From assembly GCA_038245785.1 (NCBI GenBank), contig JBBRSB010000006.1:1-64000 (forward strand): DNA of 64,000 nt. The letters run 5' to 3'. Under the pieces are notes generated by a model, which worked only from the letters and a program-made list of their open reading frames with translations, was not told the DNA's origin and searched no databases. Origin of the DNA: Gloeobacterales cyanobacterium (GTDB lineage Bacteria; Cyanobacteriota; Cyanobacteriia; Gloeobacterales; PMM-0068). Below are positions 60,673 through 64,000 of this stretch, one piece after another; the first letter of the stretch is position 1; the number at the start of each line of letters is the position of its first letter. A program made the position numbers and the translations under genes.

Positions 60673-60816
60673 ATCCTGAAAATCTATCAAGAAGATTTAA
60701 AGAGCGAACTAACTCTCCTTGGTGCCTATATGTAGCCCCTGAGAGGACAGTAGCTGAAGTTCATATTTGCATAGCAGCCTAAAGTTATGAAATAGTTATC
60801 ACTTTATATAACCATT

Positions 60817-63675
60817 TCACTCTAAAGCAGCTACACAACGCTCACAGAGGTCGGGGTGACTAGCAAAAGAGCCAACTTTTACAGAGTAGTTCCAACAGCG
60901 GGGACATTTCTGTCCCTCAGCTTTCTTTAGCCCTACAGTTATAGCCAATCCAGATGAAGAATGATCGCTGCCGTAGTGGATATAAGAATATTCAGTCCTT
61001 TCAATTTCATTTTCAGTATCTAATGAAGTACTTTGAGGATGCACAGTGACCTGAGAAGTTATGAATAAATAGCGCAATTCATCTTGAATTCTCCCCAACT
61101 CTGCCCTCAAATTTTCATCTGACATAGATACCAGAATTTCAGCCTCTAGAGATGACCCAATGACCTTTTGCTCTCGAGCTGTTTCCAGAGCCTTATTAAC
61201 CAGATTTCTAACAGACAAAAATTTATCCCAAGACTCTTCCAGTTTAGGGCGATGCCACTCAGGATGCATCTCTACCCAGCCTGCTTGAAATACCGATTTA
61301 GCAGGTTTAGGATAGGGGATGTTTTGCCAAATATCTTCAGCCAAATGACACAGTATAGGACCAACCATCTTGGCTATGTTCTCTAGTAAAATCGCCAAAA
61401 CCGTCTGACATCCTCTTCTTCGGGCGGAGTTTGCAGCACTAATGTACAGCCTATCTTTTACTACATCAAGATAGAAATTCGACAGATCTACTACACAGAA
61501 ATTCTGTATTGTTTGGAAAAACTTAAAGAATTGGTAGGTGTCAAATGCCTGCGTAATCTCTTGCTCTACCTGATAAAGACGATGAAGGATATAGTGGTCA
61601 ATCTCTGGCAAATCTTGGTACGCAGCACTATGCTCTTCCGGATTAAAATCATACAAGTTACTGAGTAAATAGCGAGCAGTATTGCGAATTTTTCGATAGA
61701 CATCTGACATTTGACTAAGAATGTTTTTTCCTAAAGGAACATCAGTACTGTAGTCTACAGAAGAAACCCATAAACGCAAAATATCAGCCCCATAAGGAGG
61801 ATCTTTTTTGGGGTCTTTTCCTCCTTCAATAACTACTTTGGGATCAACCACATTACCTAGAGACTTACTCATCTTGCGCCCCTGTTCGTCTAGGACAAAA
61901 CCATGGGTGAGTACAGTTTCATAAGGAGCTCGACCACGGGTAGCAACCGAAGTTAAAAGAGAAGACTGAAACCACCCCCGATGTTGATCAGAACCTTCTA
62001 GATATAAGTCCGCAGGATAATGCAGTTCTGGTCGTGTTTCTAGGACGGCCGCCCAGCTACACCCTGAGTCAAACCAGACGTCCATAATGTCAGTTTCTTT
62101 GTGGTAAGTGCGACCATTATTTCTATAGGTTTCAGGAAGTAATTCTTCGACAGATAATTCCCACCAAGCATCAGAACCATGGCGACGAAAAATCTCCTGG
62201 ACATGACTAATCGTTTCCTCTGTCAGGAGCGGCTCTGATGTCTCGCTATCGTAAAAAACAGGAATGGGCAGTCCCCAAGCGCGCTGACGAGAGATACACC
62301 AATCTGAACGCTCTGCCACCATTGAAATGATTCGGTTTTTCCCGACAGCAGGTACCCAAGTCACAGCTTCAATAGACTGCAGGGCTATCTCCCGAAACCC
62401 TGCCACCGAGGCGAACCACTGAGTTGTAGCCCGAAAGATAGTTGGCTTTTTGGTCCGCCAATCATAGGGATATTTATGGTTATAAGCTTCTTCTTTAAGT
62501 AGAAATCCTTTTCGTTTAAGGGATTCTATGACTGCTTGATTACCTTCATCTAAAACTTTCAGCCCTTCAAAACCTGGAGCCTCGTCCGTAAATCTACCTA
62601 GGTTGTCGACAGGGGAAAGAACACCAAGTCCGTATTTTCTACCAATTTCAAAATCTTCTACCCCATGACCTGGAGCGGTATGTACTGCTCCGGTACCGGA
62701 CTCTGTCGTTACATATTCGCCAAGAACTACGGGGCTAGGCCGCTCATAGATAGGATGTTGGGTAATAACGCCCTCTAAATCCTTGCCCAGAACTTCTTGA
62801 GTGATCATTAAAGTCTTACCCAAGACCTCCTCCAGATGGGCAACCCGGTCTTTTGCAAGAATGAGAAAGTCGTCTTCGTCCGCTACCACAGCATAGACAA
62901 GCTCTCCATTTAGACATACCGCCAAATTCCCTGGAATTGTCCAGGGAGTTGTAGTCCAAATAACTAGATTGAGATGCGCACGGGGAAGCCCTAGCAATGC
63001 ATTCGGGAGCGTAAGTATAGGAAATTTGACGTAGATACTTCGGGAGATGTGCCCTTCTGGATATTCCAGTTCTGCTTCTGCCAAAGCTGTTTGAGAACTA
63101 GGACTCCAATGAACAGGCTTGAGCCCTCGATAGATATAACCGTTAAGGACCATTTGGCCGAAAACTCCCAGTTGAGCTGCTTCGTATTCAGGGTCTAGGG
63201 TTTTATAGGGATGATCGAAATCTCCCCATACACCCCAGCGCTTACAGTCAGCCATTTGGCCGGAAACTGCGGCCAAAGCAAATTCTCGTGCTTTTTTACG
63301 CAGTTGGATCGGGGTGAGGTTTTGCCGTTCTTCTTTGCCCATCTGTTGTAGAACTTTTAACTCGATCGGTAGACCATGGCAGTCCCAACCGGGCACATAG
63401 CGAACCTTACGACCGCGCAAAACCTGGTAGCGATTGATCGCATCTTTGAGAATTCTATTTAGCGCATGACCAGCGTGTAGGTTGCCATTAGCATAGGGAG
63501 GCCCGTCGTGGAGAACAAAAACTTCACCAGGATTATGTTCCGCTTGGTATGTGTAAATTCCTTCTTGCTCCCAGACCGCCTGAATCTCTGGCTCACGAAC
63601 CACAGCGTTGGCCCGCATAGAAAAATCGGTTTGTGGAAGATTGACGGTGTCTTTGTAATCTTTGGCAGTATTCAC
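60817..63675 (-). CDS. ileS: Isoleucine--tRNA ligase (type 1)
   Basis: HDGPPYANG-HAGH, GWDCHGLPIE, WCISRQR, KMSKS, C-terminal CPRC...CERC Zn finger. Confidence 0.98.
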   Translation of the reverse strand: MNTAKDYKDTVNLPQTDFSMRANAVVREPEIQAVWEQEGIYTYQAEHNPGEVFVLHDGPPYANGNLHAGHALNRILKDAINRYQVLRGRKVRYVPGWDCHGLPIELKVLQQMGKEERQNLTPIQLRKKAREFALAAVSGQMADCKRWGVWGDFDHPYKTLDPEYEAAQLGVFGQMVLNGYIYRGLKPVHWSPSSQTALAEAELEYPEGHISRSIYVKFPILTLPNALLGLPRAHLNLVIWTTTPWTIPGNLAVCLNGELVYAVVADEDDFLILAKDRVAHLEEVLGKTLMITQEVLGKDLEGVITQHPIYERPSPVVLGEYVTTESGTGAVHTAPGHGVEDFEIGRKYGLGVLSPVDNLGRFTDEAPGFEGLKVLDEGNQAVIESLKRKGFLLKEEAYNHKYPYDWRTKKPTIFRATTQWFASVAGFREIALQSIEAVTWVPAVGKNRIISMVAERSDWCISRQRAWGLPIPVFYDSETSEPLLTEETISHVQEIFRRHGSDAWWELSVEELLPETYRNNGRTYHKETDIMDVWFDSGCSWAAVLETRPELHYPADLYLEGSDQHRGWFQSSLLTSVATRGRAPYETVLTHGFVLDEQGRKMSKSLGNVVDPKVVIEGGKDPKKDPPYGADILRLWVSSVDYSTDVPLGKNILSQMSDVYRKIRNTARYLLSNLYDFNPEEHSAAYQDLPEIDHYILHRLYQVEQEITQAFDTYQFFKFFQTIQNFCVVDLSNFYLDVVKDRLYISAANSARRRGCQTVLAILLENIAKMVGPILCHLAEDIWQNIPYPKPAKSVFQAGWVEMHPEWHRPKLEESWDKFLSVRNLVNKALETAREQKVIGSSLEAEILVSMSDENLRAELGRIQDELRYLFITSQVTVHPQSTSLDTENEIERTEYSYIHYGSDHSSSGLAITVGLKKAEGQKCPRCWNYSVKVGSFASHPDLCERCVAALE

Positions 63676-63802
63676 AGGAAATCCGAGATGGCGCTATAAA
63701 CATTATCGCCTTGAGACAAACCATTTTTTAAGGTGGGTCAAAAGGTTCTATAGAGATGGTTTACGATCAAGAAAATCTATCGATGCCCAGGAGGAAGCTT
63801 TT

Positions 63803-64000
63803 GTGATTCGATTCGGCATTCTCAGTGACCCCCACATCACAGTGCCAGAGACCCTCCAAGACTATCCAGGCCGCAGTCACTTTTTAGAAGTTAGCATTCC
63901 AGCGATCAATAAAGCCTTGGAGGCTCTGAGGTTTGAAGACCTAGATTTTTTGATAATTCCAGGAGATTTAACCCAGAACGGCGAACAGGTGAACCACGAT
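63803..64000 (+). CDS. Metallophosphoesterase, N-terminal part (runs off the window)
   Basis: RBS AGGAGG; MIRFGILSDPHI...LIIPGDLTQNGE (DxH and GD motifs). Confidence 0.85.
   Translation, partial: MIRFGILSDPHITVPETLQDYPGRSHFLEVSIPAINKALEALRFEDLDFLIIPGDLTQNGEQVNHD

Noticed and set aside
60278..60690. Short minus-strand ORFs upstream of wzc (track 60508..60690 and a 37-aa ORF near 60280-60392)
   Set aside because: No convincing RBS or motifs; expected by chance in AT-rich DNA.
1..64000. CRISPR arrays, tRNA/rRNA genes, prophage
   Set aside because: No regularly spaced repeats, cloverleaf or rRNA signatures, or phage genes seen by eye; tRNAscan-SE, Infernal and CRISPR finders would be needed to exclude them formally.

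Overview
Cyanobacterial chromosome segment (chlH, CRR6, Rubisco-activase-like AAA+, cytochrome b6 paralog). A PetB2-type cytochrome b6 and no obvious HIP1 enrichment suggest an early-branching Gloeobacterales lineage (inference). The window starts in the 3' end of an IS5-family element. About 0.2-31.6 kb is mostly housekeeping (dnaK, grpE, GH31, purB, pyrE, argD, rbfA, chlH, bcp), with several motif-degenerate paralogs: a GlcD-like protein, an M23/LytM protein and a PetB lacking a heme ligand. An AT-richer glycan island spans about 31.7-60.8 kb and has two parts. The first is a candidate lipid-linked pentofuranose decoration system: UbiA-type polyprenyl-phosphate phosphoribosyltransferase, HAD phosphatase, SMR/EamA protein, GMC oxidoreductase with an unannotated 51-aa twin-arginine partner, methyltransferase, FAD oxidoreductase-GtrA fusion and a GT-C-like membrane protein. 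The second is a 13-gene Wzc/Wza/Wzy + HepA-like ABC exopolysaccharide cluster with two exostosin (GT47)-like enzymes and a candidate NtcA promoter. The window ends with ileS and a partial metallophosphoesterase. Two small ORFs missing from the ORF track were translated by hand (20069..20245 + and 35671..35826 -). No rRNA, tRNA or CRISPR array was seen. All calls come from motif recognition by eye, without database searches.
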